A stretch of 48,157 nucleotides of DNA, the filler included, from Porpidia crustulata (Eukaryota): NCBI GenBank assembly GCA_964255105.1. It is 2 parts of 2 records of this genome, joined end to end, with 100 filler letters (N's around TTAATTAATTAA, not from the genome) between each part and the next. Parts side by side here need not be neighbours in the genome. Positions count along the whole stretch, not along the records: positions 1 to 24,073 come from CAXUWE010000063.1; 1 more part is not named here. One strand, given 5' to 3'. The notes under the pieces were generated by a model. That model was not told the DNA's origin and did not search any database. It worked only from the letters and a program-made list of their open reading frames with translations. Position numbers and translations under genes: made by a program. This document shows, piece by piece, positions 10,601 through 23,265 of the stretch. The first letter of the stretch is position 1, and each line of letters begins with the position of its first letter.

Positions 10601-13600
10601 GACGCTTCCATAGAAGTACTCACAAGGACCACATTCCTCGAATCTGTACTTCCCACGGGGTTACTAGGACGTTCAGGGTCGTTAGGTCGCGCCAGGAGCA
10701 AAGCTACAGAATCCCCTTGCTTTAATTGTGACAACGCATAATTTTGACCATTCAAAAGGTCAATGCTGTTAGCGCTAGTCTGCGCCAGGATAAATCCATT
10801 CGAAGATAGAGAATTCTTCACTTGTCTGGCTACCTAATTGGAATCCTTGCCGGTCAATGCCTCCTAAGCCCGCGATTAGCCCAACTACTTACCACCAGGG
10901 CGGAGAACGTAACTCACAGGAAATACGACAGCAAGGTCGAATGAGTCACTCCTGGCCTTTGCCGGCTCACCAAGGTCGTATTCTCCGGCTAAAGTCTGCT
11001 GAACATAGTTCACATGCAGATCGCCTCCTTCTGTAGAGCAATGCTTGGCATACGAGAAACATCACTTGAATGCCTGCTTGACGCAGAGAAAGTCTAGTAG
11101 GGTTTCGGTGATGTCACCCGACTGGTTCCCAATTTCCAAAATCCGAAGCCCGGGGGCTTTGTGAACCAGAAGATCCAACGCTGCTAGCATATCTTGGATA
11201 GAAGGGTCTACATCTGGTGACTGGACAGTTGGTGTCCTCGACTCCAAGTACGTAGAGAAAGCTGACGAGTCATCGCTCTCCATTCTAGTGATGTCAGGCT
11301 TCCACTGTACACGTAGCATTGGGTGCCGCGCTTGAAAGACTTCTTGCTGGTCCCTCAAGGGTGGGACAACCCGAAAATTTCGGATTTGCATAAACAATTG
11401 ATCTTGCTCATTGCCGGCATCGACATTAGATGTCATTTGATTCGGGCCGACCGGTTTTGCGTGGGCATGGACTGTAAATGGTAGGTTCATGGCATTTTCG
11501 TCTGGAAGTCTGATGTGTATAGACTCGATGCTGACCGGAATTCGCAATTTGAATTGCTTCATAGCACCAGCAGCTGTGGCGATCAGACTTGAATGCAGAA
11601 TGGCATCGAGGGTAGCGGGATGTATTGGGTACGAAGATTTGAGAATCTCCGGATCTCCATGGTGGAATTCTGCCACAGCGGTGGTATGTTTGCTGTCCTT
11701 TCTTCTGGGATTCTTGATATCGTGTAGTGCTCTGAACGGTCCAGAGAAATTCAATCCTGCTTGAAACGTGGCCTCATACCAGCGCCTAGCAGGCTGCGCC
11801 TCAAATTCTTGAGCCTGAATAGAGATCTGTTTACGCAGTATCTTAGGAGCACTTTCGAAAGTAATGTTACCATCAACGTGAAGGGTTGTTTCCCCGTCTG
11901 ATCGTGACGTTACTGCAAACTGCCGAGTACTTTCAGACTCACCACTTGAGGGCACTTGATGGAGCGCAGTGTAAATTTCCACTCCAGCTTCCGACTCTTC
12001 TCCTGAAGAACCAGTGCCTTTAGAATGCGGATTTGCTGCAGATTGCATGGCGGCAATTTTGTGTGGGCTGAGTCAGTTAGCTGTCGTGCCGCCTCAATCG
12101 CCATAGTGATGTATCCTGCTGCCGGGAAGACGACTAGTCCATCAATTTTGTGGTCTTTCAGCCAAGGAACATGGGTTATTTTGATTATGTTTCTCCATAC
12201 TGCAGCGATTTTACTGGATCCAGGCTGCTGAGATCCCAAAATGTCATGGCGCGGGTACATGCGGTTTCGGAAACAGTTGCTATTTGTCGATTCTGTCCAA
12301 AGAATCTTGTCGTGCTGCCATTTGTACAATGGAAGATTTGACAAGAATTTTCCTTTGCTACAATTTTGCTTGCCTTTGGTGAAAGACTCGTTTGCCTGAT
12401 TGATCTGGCTGAAAGGTACGCTGAAACCCTGGAGATAGAGATCACCCATCAATTTAAGCACAGTGTCAAGACCTGATTTTCCTCTAGACAGCGCCGCTGA
12501 GTACATGCATTTATCTGCAATAGCCCCAGATTTTGCGAGGATCTGCCGTAACGGGATCTCAAGCGCAGAATGAGGTCCAAGTTCGATGAAATGGACGCTG
12601 GACGTATGCACGACCTTTGAAATGGCCTCACTGAATTCAACTGGACATTCAAGATTATTGCGCCAATACTCGGGAGAGATCGGCTAGGTGATTGGCTGTA
12701 CTGTCACGGAAGAAATCCAGATCGGCTTGAGAGCAAGATTTACCGGTATTTGAGCTGGCACACCCAATACAGGAGTAAGAAGGTCGATATTCTTGTCCAA
12801 CAAGAGCCATGTGATGAGAATGGTAGGCCTTTCCGTCCGTCTTGAGTTCTCTTGCAAACGTACCTTGAGCCTCACAGTGGGCATGCAATTGCCCAGTCTG
12901 CTCCCGGTCTCCACTGATCGTGACATTTTCAGGAGAATTTACACATGCGACTCGAACGTATGGATCAAGCCCCAAAGCTTTGATATCATTGGTGGCCTCC
13001 TGACGACTTAATCCCAACTGCTAGCATTGCGCCTTGTTTGTCTAGCTTAGAACAAGCTCGTCCTCGATAGTAAGCGATGACAATAGCTTCTTCGGCGGAG
13101 ATGTGGCCAGCAGCATAAGCCGCGCAAATTTCACCTGTCGAAAACCTCAGCGTCTGAAATAGAACTTTACGATGACTCTCTTTGACTCACCGGAAGAGTG
13201 CCCAACCACAAATTTGGGCTCGAAACCCCAAGACGCTAGTAGTTGCGTCAATGCAACTTGAAGGGCAGTGCTCACAGGTTGCGCGTAGCAACTTGATCAA
13301 TTTTGCCGTTCGAGAAGGCTCTGAAAGTATGCCTGGTCGAGAGAATCAGCTTTCAGAAGTTTCGGAGAATGAGGTAGAACATACCTTGGATAGTCCACGA
13401 CGGTGGATCAGATAAAATCTGCAAGGCTGTATCTAATTGCTGAATTGTTTGGAGAAAGCTGGGGAAGGTCTCGATCAGTTGATGTCCCATCTGTGGCCAC
13501 TGAGCCCCTTGGCCTGTATACACGAAGGCAAGCGCTTGGGATGAGCGTGCATTGGCGGAAGAAGCCGTGTAAAGCCTGTGAGACTGAAGATCATTCGGTA

Positions 13601-15518
13601 AAGTGTCCTGGCTAGCTAATATTGTAGCCTTTGACTCCAAGATGCGATCGACGCTCTGCCAACGTATGCGCAAGGTCAAGTACGCTCATGCTTTTTTGCC
13701 ATCTAAGAGCTAAGTCTTGCACTCTGTGCTCAAGCGCAAGTTGGCTCTCTGCGGAGAACGGAAGCAAGAACACTGATCTCTGAAACGCTAGGTGACTGAT
13801 AACTACGGAGTCTCGAGGAGGAACGTGATAGTCGGCTGCTTCTAAAACAGCATGAGCATTGGCTCCGCCGAAGCCGAACGAGTTAAAGCTGGCCCTTGCG
13901 ATGTGGAATGGCTGTGTCGCTGGCCAGGGTTCGCTACTCGTTATGATTCGAATGTTCCACTCATCAGCCTTAATCTTTGGACTTAGTTTATTGACACTAA
14001 TGGTCGGTGGTATTTCGCCCTTCTCCAGTGCTAGTACGACTTTGATGATGCTCGTTATCGCACTTGCGGCTTCGCTATGGCCCACATTGGGTTTCACCCG
14101 TGGTGTATCAGTAGTGCAGTAGTCAAAAGCGCCACCTTCCTTTCGGATTGACCTGTGAAATGAGGGTAGATCTGGAAAGAGAAGGTGACGGATGAAACTT
14201 ACCGAGCCTACCGGAAGGGGGTCATTACGTTGCCCTTTGAAAACTTTCGACAGACCTTCTAACTCTATCGCGTCTCCAACTAAAGTACCGGTGCCATGGC
14301 ATTCGACATAATCAGTTCTATCAAGTCCAAGGTTTGCGCTTGCGTACGCTTTTCGAATGACTTTTTCTTGGCTGCTCGCGCTTGGAAGCGTGATACCTGG
14401 CGTATGCCCATTGCTGAAAAGGTAGATAAATTCTTAGTCTCCGCAATCAGGCAAACTGGGATGCTTTGCTTACCTGTTTACAGCCGTTGCCCGTATGACT
14501 GCTCGTATGTGATCGCTATCTCGGATCACATCGCTCAGCTTTTTCAGATACAACACGCCTACACATTCTCCTCGGGCATAGCCATCTGCTGCTTCTTCGA
14601 AAGTATGGCAAGTTGAGGTCGGTGAGAGTATGCAGCTTTCATAGTTCCAATATGTTGCTCCGGGGATTGAATTAGGTTGGCTCCTGCTACAAAGGCGGAG
14701 CTACATTCATTGGCTCGCAGAGCAGTGCAAGCCATATGTAGGCAGTACATCGCGGATGAGTATGCTGTATCTATTACCAGGCTGGAGTGGGGTTAGATGC
14801 GGCTTTTGGTGTATACATGCAAGGAAGATTCAGGGGGTCATCTATTACCTAGGCCCTTGAAGGTTAAAAGCGTGGCTGACTCTGTTCACCAAGAGTGAAG
14901 TACTCATGCCAGTCGCACTGGATCGGTGTAGATATTCTGGGTCTTTGATTTGCATCATTAGATAATCATAGGTGAACTTTCCAACATAGGTTCCGATATC
15001 CGCTCCAGAAACTTGCTCCATGGAGGTACCGGCGTTCTCTAAACATTCGAAAACTACTTCAAGCAGTTTGCGTTGTTCTGGATCCAAGTACGTTGCTTCT
15101 AAGTTGTTAATACCAAAGAAATCATTGTCGAATGACTTCAGATTCTCGTCCAAGAAATGACCACCTGCTGTGGCAACACTTCCAGGGCGCTTCAAATTGG
15201 GATGATAGAAATTGTCGATATTAAATCTTGATTGGGGAATGGGGGTCTGAGTTGATTTCCCGTGAATGAGGAGATCCCAAAGCTTGGAAGGAGAGTCAAC
15301 TCCCCCAGGAAGTTGGCAACCTGAGACGTTAGAACAGCGCGCTCTTCAAAAGGTTTTGGACACTTACCCATCCCGATAATTGCGATGGGCTCTGTAGAGA
15401 GTTTTCCAAATTCATCGTAAGAGACTCCATTGACAAAGTTTTTGGAGTTGGATCTGGCATTGTCACCTACAGCTTGACCTGAGGACGACGGTGGCTGTCT
15501 TAGGATACCTGGTGCCAT
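7645..15518 (-). pseudogene. Highly reducing iterative type I polyketide synthase (KS-AT-DH-pseudoMT-ER-KR-ACP), inactivated
   Basis: KS: EPIAIIGMG, DPEQRKLLE, DTAYSS (catalytic Cys replaced by Tyr, 14760-14762), HGTGT, KPNVGHSEAAS, NSFGFGGANAH. AT: YTGQGAQW, GHSSGE, AYHS. DH: DHKIDGLVVFPAAGY, HPATLD. Degenerate MT: ILEIGNQSG. ER-like segment about 9000-9950. KR: GCLGGLGRS, NYSASN. ACP: GIDSL. Stops at 12684-12686 (TAG) and 11062-11064 (TGA); frameshifts near 14632, 12785, 12000, 9660 and 8235. Confidence 0.93.
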
Positions 15519-16493
15519 TTACCGTGAAGGATGTGTTCATTTGAAGCTTCAGGGAGATCAACATCAATTTCTAATGATCCATGGGCTCGCAAGGTTGTCA
15601 TTCTGAAGAGCGATTGAGGGAAAGAGGCGCCTTGCGGCACTTGGGCATCGGATTTCACGTCAGAATCTGATCCATCCTCCGAGGCCCTCCCTCGTGGATG
15701 CCTTGCATGGGTGATGTGAGATCGCCACAGCCGGGCGAGCTGAACCAAAATGGAGGGTACACGATTGCTGACGTCCTTCCCATCTTGAACGATAGCCCAC
15801 CTATCTAGGCGCTGACGATATCTGTCATCTGAGCATCGCCAGTGAAGCGATGACGAGAAGGTCGCGAAATTTCCACTGCTGAACCGAGTGGCTTGGTGTC
15901 ACTACGCTCCGTCAGTCTAGTTTTTTGTATATCAGTGGACTTGCATGTGGCACAATCGCTGACCGATGCCTTCTTCAGTCACTGGACTTGCTTTCATGTG
16001 CGTCGCATTGTTTTAGGCCCCTTGTGGGATGGCTTCATCTTTCTTCGCGGTATTAATGCATAAGCGTAGAGATGTATTGCAAGGAATTGATTGGACGATG
16101 TTAACAGCTGTTCTCAGGATTGGGACTGGCCTGTCGTAAGCTCGTTTACCAATTGTATTTTGACGAATGGAGGTCTTCATGCAAGCGCACCTATGCTCCC
16201 GCTCATTCCGATGCTTGCAAAATCAGTTCATGGTTGAAAACGAATCGCTGACAGAAAGCATCCTCTGCATTGGACATGCAAGTGATCGGGGGTTTTTGAA
16301 GCGAGCTTTCGAGAGTCCCACTGGGAGGCTTTCGCGTTATTTCAATACCAAAATTACATTCAGAACATTCTGTTTTAGCATTCATTATTCATAGCAACGC
16401 TTTTGACCTCTCGACTCGTTTTGTCAAGTCCAAAGTGCATTGAGTTGTGGACACGCATATTTGAGCATTATTCCATACCATCTGAAAGCAAAC

Positions 16494-18356
16494 ATGGCTA
16501 GCCATAACAGCCGCGAAAGAACCTCTGAGACCAACTCACCACCAACTGATTCAAAAGAAGATGACAGTAATGACTTTCCGCAAGCATGTGTTTCAAATGT
16601 CGAAAGCCAAACGCAAGACGTGGACAATCCAAAGACAAGGTCTGAAACTTTGAGCTGGCCACTTTGGACCATTACAGTTCTATGCATACTGTCTTCGATA
16701 TTCTTGTTCGCGCTCGATAACACTGTTGTGGCAGATATTCAACCTAGAGTCATCGAGACTTTTGGCGGCGCGATCGAGAAGCTCCCATGGCTGTCCGTTG
16801 CATTTCCTCTGGGGAATTGCAGCCTCAACCTTGTCTGGTAGGGACAATAACTTTGGTTCAAGGGGAAATTTGTCATGCTAAGATCCTGATAGGGGCAAGT
16901 TATACGGAAGTTTCGACAGCAAACACCTTTTCATCACCGCCATTTTCATTTTTGAAGTCGGCTCCGTAATTTGTGGTGCGGCTCCATCCATGGATGTAAT
17001 GATTATCGGCAGAGCCATCGCTGGCACAGGAGGTGGAGGGCTATATATTGGAGCGATTAGTCAGTTGTCGGTTTATACGCCAATCACACGGAGACCTCTC
17101 TACTTGAGCTTCATCGGAGCTTTTGGAGTATGGGTACCATGTGAGCTTTGAGTCTCCTTTTCAAAGACATCCTGGCTGACTTTCGAAGACTCGGTCCAAT
17201 CATCGGTGGCGCGTTCGCAGAAAGCAGCGCGACATAGCGATGGGCTTTTTACATCAACCCTTGCGTTGGTGCTGCCGCTGCACCAGCATATCTTTTCTTG
17301 CTGTCTTCTCATCAACCAAGGAAAGGCGTCCCGATCAAGAGTTGCATCGCTAATCTCGATTTCGCTGGGATCATTCTCGTCATTGGAAGTTTCTGCTCAC
17401 TCATAATGGGTATATCGTTCGGCGGCTCAATTTATGACTGGAATAGCGGGCAGATTATCAGTTTGTTTGTCTGCGCCGGCATTTTGTGGAGCCTCTTTGG
17501 CATTCAACAAGCTGGTACATTTTTCACCACAAAAGAAAATCGTATCTTTCCTGTTGCTTTCCTCAAGTCGTACGAGATGTACATCCCCTTTGTGGAGACC
17601 GCCATCTGTATCGCATGTCTCTTCATACCGGTATATTTCATACCACTGTTTTTCCAATTCGTCCACAACGATTCCGCATTGAAAGCAGGCGTTCGTTTGT
17701 TACCTTTTGTCTGCGCTGCTGTCTCAGGAGCAATGTTGAACGGAGCTGTGATGGAAAAGCATGGCATTTACATGCCATGGTTCACGGTCGGAGGAACCCT
17801 GGCTACCATTGGTGGAGCACTTCTTTACACGACCAATTTGACGTCCAGCCCAGGCAGACTCTATGGCTACTCAGTCATCGCGGGATTAGGCACTGGATTC
17901 TTCGTCCAGACACCTTTCTCGGTTGCTCAAGCCAAAGTTGAACCTCACATTGTACCCCAGGCGATTGCATTTATCAGCTGCGGCCAGATCAGCGGTATCA
18001 CCATATCGCTTTCAATTGCCACAAGCATCTTCATCAATCAAGCATCCAACAAAATTTCGGACATCCTTCCCAATGCTCCACTCTCAACCATTCGAGCGGT
18101 CATCGCCGGAGCCGGAACATCATTCTTTCAAAATCAGACTGATAGCGACCAGCGTAAAATTCTAGAGGCTATTGTTTCGACAATGGTCAACGTTTTCATC
18201 ATGGTGATTGTGGGAGGTGCACTCGCTGTGGTTCTATTGATGTTCATTTCTTACCACACCTTACCGGCTTGGAGTACTTTGCACTGTCACGTCCAAGCTG
18301 CATCTTCCATCCTCGTACAATCAGATAAGTACCTAATCTTGCGCATCGTTGTTTAA
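16494..18356 (+). pseudogene. MFS drug/toxin efflux transporter (14-TMS DHA2 type), disrupted
   Basis: FLFALDNTVVADIQP, WGKLY, FEVGSVICGAAPSM, GRAIAGTG, LGPIIGGAF, YFIPLFFQF. The conserved SATWRWAFYIN has TGG changed to TAG at 17235-17237. A -1 frameshift in a T-run near 17121-17124 (GAF/WSMGTI). The C-terminus stops resembling the family after ...GGALAVVLLMF. Confidence 0.88.
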
Positions 18357-18531
18357 CTCACGTCAGATTATTTACACTAAGCGTCATAAGTATATATTAA
18401 AGAATAAAGATAAATTGATCTGTTTTAACGACGATTATCAATATTGAATATTATTTCAAAATATAACGATTATTCCATGAACACAAAATATAATCAGATA
18501 TAGTATAAGATAATAAAATCTCAGTTATTGA

Positions 18532-18640
18532 TAGTGTACCGTTGGGCTGGGTTCGGGTGGACTTTTGGAACCCTACCCTACCGTGGCTACCAATGGGGCC
18601 CCATTGGGTAGGCTCCAAAAGGCCTATAGCCCTAAAGATG
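18532..18640. mobile_element. Possible DNA-transposon end (hAT-like start TAGTGTACC) with internal palindrome
   Basis: Abrupt switch from an AT-rich tract to TAGTGTACCGTTGGGCTGGGTTCGGGTGG..., with CCCTA repeats and a perfect 18-bp palindrome CCAATGGGGCCCCATTGG at 18590-18607. No partner end seen. Confidence 0.35.
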
Positions 18641-18645
18641 AACTT

Positions 18646-18707
18646 AGCCCTAACCCTAAGTGTAGTGGTTCAATCGGGGCTGTGGCTCATTGGCGGGTAT
18701 AAACGAG
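18646..18707 (-). mobile_element. Solo TIR related to the 5479-5596 MITE arms, followed by TA
   Basis: Reverse complement CTCGTTTATACCCGCCAATGAGCCACAGCCCCGATTGAACCACTACACTTAGGGTTAGGGCT aligns without gaps to 5479-5540 (43/62 identical by hand count; inner 22 nt 21/22). TA at 18708-18709. Confidence 0.7.
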
Positions 18708-18809
18708 TACCCTACCTGTGGGTAAGGTGGCACCTTGGCAACGACACAACCAACTTTGACATCATTTCACTAGAGTAGTCATTTGCTGCATCGCAAGAAA
18801 ACCACAAGT

Positions 18810-21800
18810 ATGGCTAGCGTTGATAGAGATGTACTACCAAACACGTACGCTGTATCTATCGTTGACATGTAAAACAGACTAACGCGATACTTTGAAGCGT
18901 CAAGCCAATCAATTATGACATTTGTCTCTACGATCTTGAACTTGGTGGTGCTTTTACCTTTCAAGGTACCGTCAAGATTGGTGTCATTATTGGGAGAGCG
19001 ACCAAGGAAGTCACCCTCAACGCTCATCAGTTGAAGCTCAAATCTGCTGAGATCTCTGGCCAAGATTTTGATTGTATTATCTGATCTCTTCCGAAGCATC
19101 AAGAGGAGTTGTTAACATCCTTTAGCGCAGAAAGCATCCAGCATCCAATATGATGAAATATCGCAACGAGTGACCCTATCTTTTGCAAAGGATCTGTCGA
19201 CTTCCTCAAGCGCGTTATTAGAGATCACTTATAGTGGAATCATGAACAATGACATGGCTGGTTTCTATCGATCAGGGTAATCCTGATGTCTATGAATGCT
19301 GGTGCATAAAGCTGAGATTGCTTCAAGATACAAACCAACGGTCGAGCCCGCAGAGTCTGTGCCGAAAGTAGGAGACTATCACTTCATGTTCAGCACCCAA
19401 TTTGAGTCTTGCGACGCTAGGAGAGCCATCCCTTGTTTTGATGAACCTAATCTGAAAGCAACCTTTGATTTTGGGATTGAAATCCCGGACGACCAAGTTG
19501 CCCTAAGCAACATGCCTGAGAAAGATATCAAGCAGGGCAAAAACGGGCGCAAGCTGGTGACATTTGCTAGGACCCCATTGATGAGCACCTACCTGCTAGC
19601 CTGGGCCTTTGGAGATTTTCAATATGTAGAAGATTTCACACGGAGAAAATACAACGGCAAAAGCTTGCCAGTCAGAGTATATACAACCCGAGGTCTCGAA
19701 AACCAGGGACGTTTTGCGCTTGAGAATGCGCACCAGGTGGTGGACTATTTTTCTGAGGTTAGAAATTCCTTCTTCGTCCTAGATGTTTATCTGCTCGATT
19801 CGTCTTTGCCTGCCAACTTCCTCTGACTTCACAGAGGATCACCACGTACTGTCTGACTACAGGGGCTAAGAAAAGAGCTCTACAGCTTTACTGACATATT
19901 TTAGATATTCCGCATCGACTATCCTTTACCTAAAGTTGATCTTCTAGCAGTCCATGAATTCGTAAGTCATCCTTTTCCATCTTTCCATGGTCGTTGAGCT
20001 CAAAGTAGCTGACGTGGTAGCCCATCATATGTTCCCCCTTATCCTAATAGATCTTTAGGATAAGAATAAGCTGACAACGGTTAATAGAGCCACGGCGCGA
20101 TGGAAAACTGGTGAGGTCCTTGAAGGGCCGGTGATGCTACCACTGGAGTATCCGTGCTGACTTCCGCTCGCAAAAGGGGGCTCATTACATACCGAACCAC
20201 CGCAGTCCTTTTTGACGAGCAAAATTCTGATGCCAAGTACATGAATCGAGTCGCCTATGTTGTAGCACACGGTAAGAGCTATGGATTATTCTTATCAAAA
20301 AACTAGAGTGCATCATTTGAATCTTCTTATCCATTGTTCCGAATAAATTTATAACTAATTCTCCCCAGAACTTGCTCACCAATGGTTCGGAAATCTCGTT
20401 ACTATGGATTGGTGGAGTGAATTATGGCTCAACGAAGGCTTCGCAACTTGGGTAGGGTGGCTTGCGGTGGATCATCTTCATCCGGGTCATCAGTGTTGGA
20501 GCCAATTTGTCACGGAAGCAGTACAAGCAGCCTTTCAACTAGACTCATTGAGATCCTCGCATCCGATCGAAGTTCCGGTCAAAAACGCTCTTGAGATTGA
20601 TCAGATCTTTGATGCCATCAGGTATGCTCCGAGGCTGTTCCCTCCTTCTTCTGACTAATTTCCTCTAGCTACTTGAAAGGAAGCTCAGTGATAAGGATGC
20701 TGAGTAATCACCTTGGAAAGGAGACGTTCCTTCTAGGAGTCTCGCAGTACCTAAATAATCATGCATATAGCAATGCGACAACAAACGATCTCTGGGCTGC
20801 TTTGAGCAAAGCTTCTGGAAAGGACGTAGACTCCTTTATGAGCAATTGGGTCAGGACGATAGGATTCCCCATGATTACCATTGCCGAAGAGCCTGGGCAA
20901 ATTGGAATCAGGCAGTCACGTTTTCTTTCAACTGGCGACCTGGACATTGCAAAGGATGAAGACAAGACTCTCTGGTGGATTCCCTTGGGGCTCAAAACTG
21001 ATCCGCAAGCCGAGCAAATCAGCAAGGCTCTGTTAGTTAAAGAAGAGACATTACGTGATGTTGATGAGACGTTCTATAAATTCAACACTGATAACAATGG
21101 CTTTTATCGAACCAATTATCCACCTGGAAGACTAGCAAAGCTTGGTGCCGATAGGCTTAAGCTTAGTGTCGAGGATAGAATAGGATTGATCGCTGATGCA
21201 GGTGCACTAGCTGTCGCTGGCTATGCTACTACTCCTAGCCTCTTGACCCTTATTGAAAACTTCAAGGACGAATACAGCTACGCGTAAGTGGGTGGGTATT
21301 TATACAACACAACGTAGCTGACGGGTTTTAGTGTGTGGTCACAAATCGTCGCCTCGCTGACAACCATTCGATCTGTCTTTGCGGATAATGATTCGATCTC
21401 CACCGCCTTGAGCACGTACACACTGCGTCTCGTGAGTAACGCTACAGAGAAGGTTGGCTGGGATTTCAAGCCGAACGAGGACTTTCTCACCGGAATACTC
21501 CGGGCTCTACTTATCAATACGGCCGGCGGCGCAGGTCATGAATCGTACGCTACCGCTACTTCTGTAATCTGGGCTACTCGCTGACCTGTGAGACAGAACC
21601 ATCAGCGAAGCGAAACGCCGATTCGATAGCTACAAGTCCGGAGACCTGAAAGCAATACACCCCAGTCTACGTTCTGCGATCTTCCGCATCAATGTCGCCG
21701 AGGGTGGCAGATCAGTGTACGATGCGGTCAAGCAAGAATACCTGAATACTACGTCCATTGATGGCAAGGAGATCTGCTTGCAGTCGCTCGGTCGAGTCCA

Positions 21801-22188
21801 ATCCACGGATTTGGTCAATGACTTTCTTGACTTCCAATTCTCCGACAAGGTTGCCATACAAGACATGCATACCGGTTCGATAGCTTTAGCATTAAACCCA
21901 AAGGCGCGATACGCATTTTGGGATTATGTCAAAGAACATTGGGAGAAGGTGCACGAGAAACTCTCAGGAAACTCTGTGGTCATTGATCGTTACCTGAAGA
22001 CTACACTTCAGAAATTTGCCAGCCATGATGTAGAAAAGGATATTGCCAATTTCTTTAAGGACAAAAACACAAAGGGTTATGATCGTGGTCTTGTTCAAGT
22101 TTCTGACGCTGTGAGAGCAAATGCGAATTACAAGGAACGTGATGAGAAGCTAGTGCTGGAGTGGCTTCAGGTTCATGGTTATGCTTAA
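18810..22188 (+). CDS. APE2: M1 family zinc aminopeptidase (Ape2/Aap1, puromycin-sensitive type), multi-exon
   Basis: [74 protein letters not shown] (intron-split), [10 protein letters not shown] and an ERAP1-like C-terminal domain. Canonical GT-AG introns and no lesions seen. Confidence 0.95.
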
Positions 22189-22292
22189 GGCTTACGAGAT
22201 TGTTAAAGAAAATTTGAGTTCCCTAGTGAAATAGTTGGAGGAAATCATATATTGTGGTGATAACTTCAATTCAAATCGATGTGCATGAAATT

Positions 22293-22961
22293 TCATCTGA
22301 TATTGCGCAATTGCCATGTCACACCCAGGTTTGTGCTAGCCAGCTCGCCGCCACTATCTACAACTTCTGCCATATTTCTCTCCCAAGGCTTTTTCCTCTT
22401 TGCAGTTGAATTTTGTGACGCTTGTCCCTCCAGAATGATATCCGGCACTTCCTTGATCCCTGGAATCGGCTGCCCCGTAGTAATGAGTTCCACTATCTGA
22501 CTGAAAGAGACGGGATACGGCGCGGGTGGTTCTGCAGAGGAGCTAGAGCTGGACACAGGGACAATGCTATCGAAGGAAGAATCGTCTATTCCCTGATCAC
22601 GAGGTTCCACTTGGGCAGCTATGCCTCGGGTTGATGCACCATTGACGAGCGAGGCAGAAGAGCGCAGCGATCGCCAGTCATTGTAGGCGTTAAAGTCAAC
22701 GGGAAGATTGTTCTTACTGCCACCATGTCAACATACAGACATGTACTTGGTGTGGCTCAAAAAAGAGGTGTACCGCGAAAAGTAGAAGCAGCGGGCACGG
22801 ATGGTTAATTGCTCTGCTTGTTCTGGCGCAGGGTTTGGTCCTACAATGGCCTGTAGGCCGCTTTGGAATTCTGCATCTGTTTCCCACGGATAATCTTCGA
22901 GTTGCTGAAATACTGAGTCTTCATCAATAGCAACTTGTTCTCTAGTATGCTTACTGGCCAT
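22293..22961 (-). CDS. PEX39: PEX39-like peroxin (DUF5572 N-domain + C-terminal KPWE motif)
   Basis: Exon 1 YPWETDAEFQSGLQAI...ARCFYFSR, one intron (about 22717-22773), exon 2 ...PYPVSFSQIVELITTGQPIPGIKEVPD...KRKKPWE. Confidence 0.72.
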
Positions 22962-23265
22962 GGTTGTACAGTGCAATAGTTTTACAAGGTCTACAGTAAG
23001 GGGGACGTCAAGGATCCCGATAACACGCGATGATACGCGAGACGGGTAAGGCTGGGTGTTTATGTGGGCGAAGCCACTAGAGTCTACTTGAACTTCCTCA
23101 CTTGACGTATCAAACATTGCTATTCTATTTGCATCATCTCTACGTCTACCCAGCTATTCTTCTACCTATTCTCTCTGGCTATCAGACAATTTGGTCCATA
23201 GGCGAAATCACTTCACCAATTGGACCCAGGAAAAACCACTGCTTGATTGAGCGATAACTCTCACC

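Noticed and set aside
15500..15900. Minus-strand open frame upstream of the PKS ATG as an extra N-terminal domain
   Set aside because: Different frame from the PKS start and no motif I can support.
2946..17237. Programmed stop readthrough or A-to-I editing explaining the premature TAG/TGA codons
   Set aside because: The same genes also have frameshifts and a catalytic-residue substitution, so pseudogenisation is more parsimonious.
19759..20088. Long aminopeptidase introns as H/ACA snoRNA host, stwintron or poison microexon
   Set aside because: Only short chance-level motifs (AGAGGA, ACA, an extra branch point/AG). No convincing hairpins or reconstituted donor.
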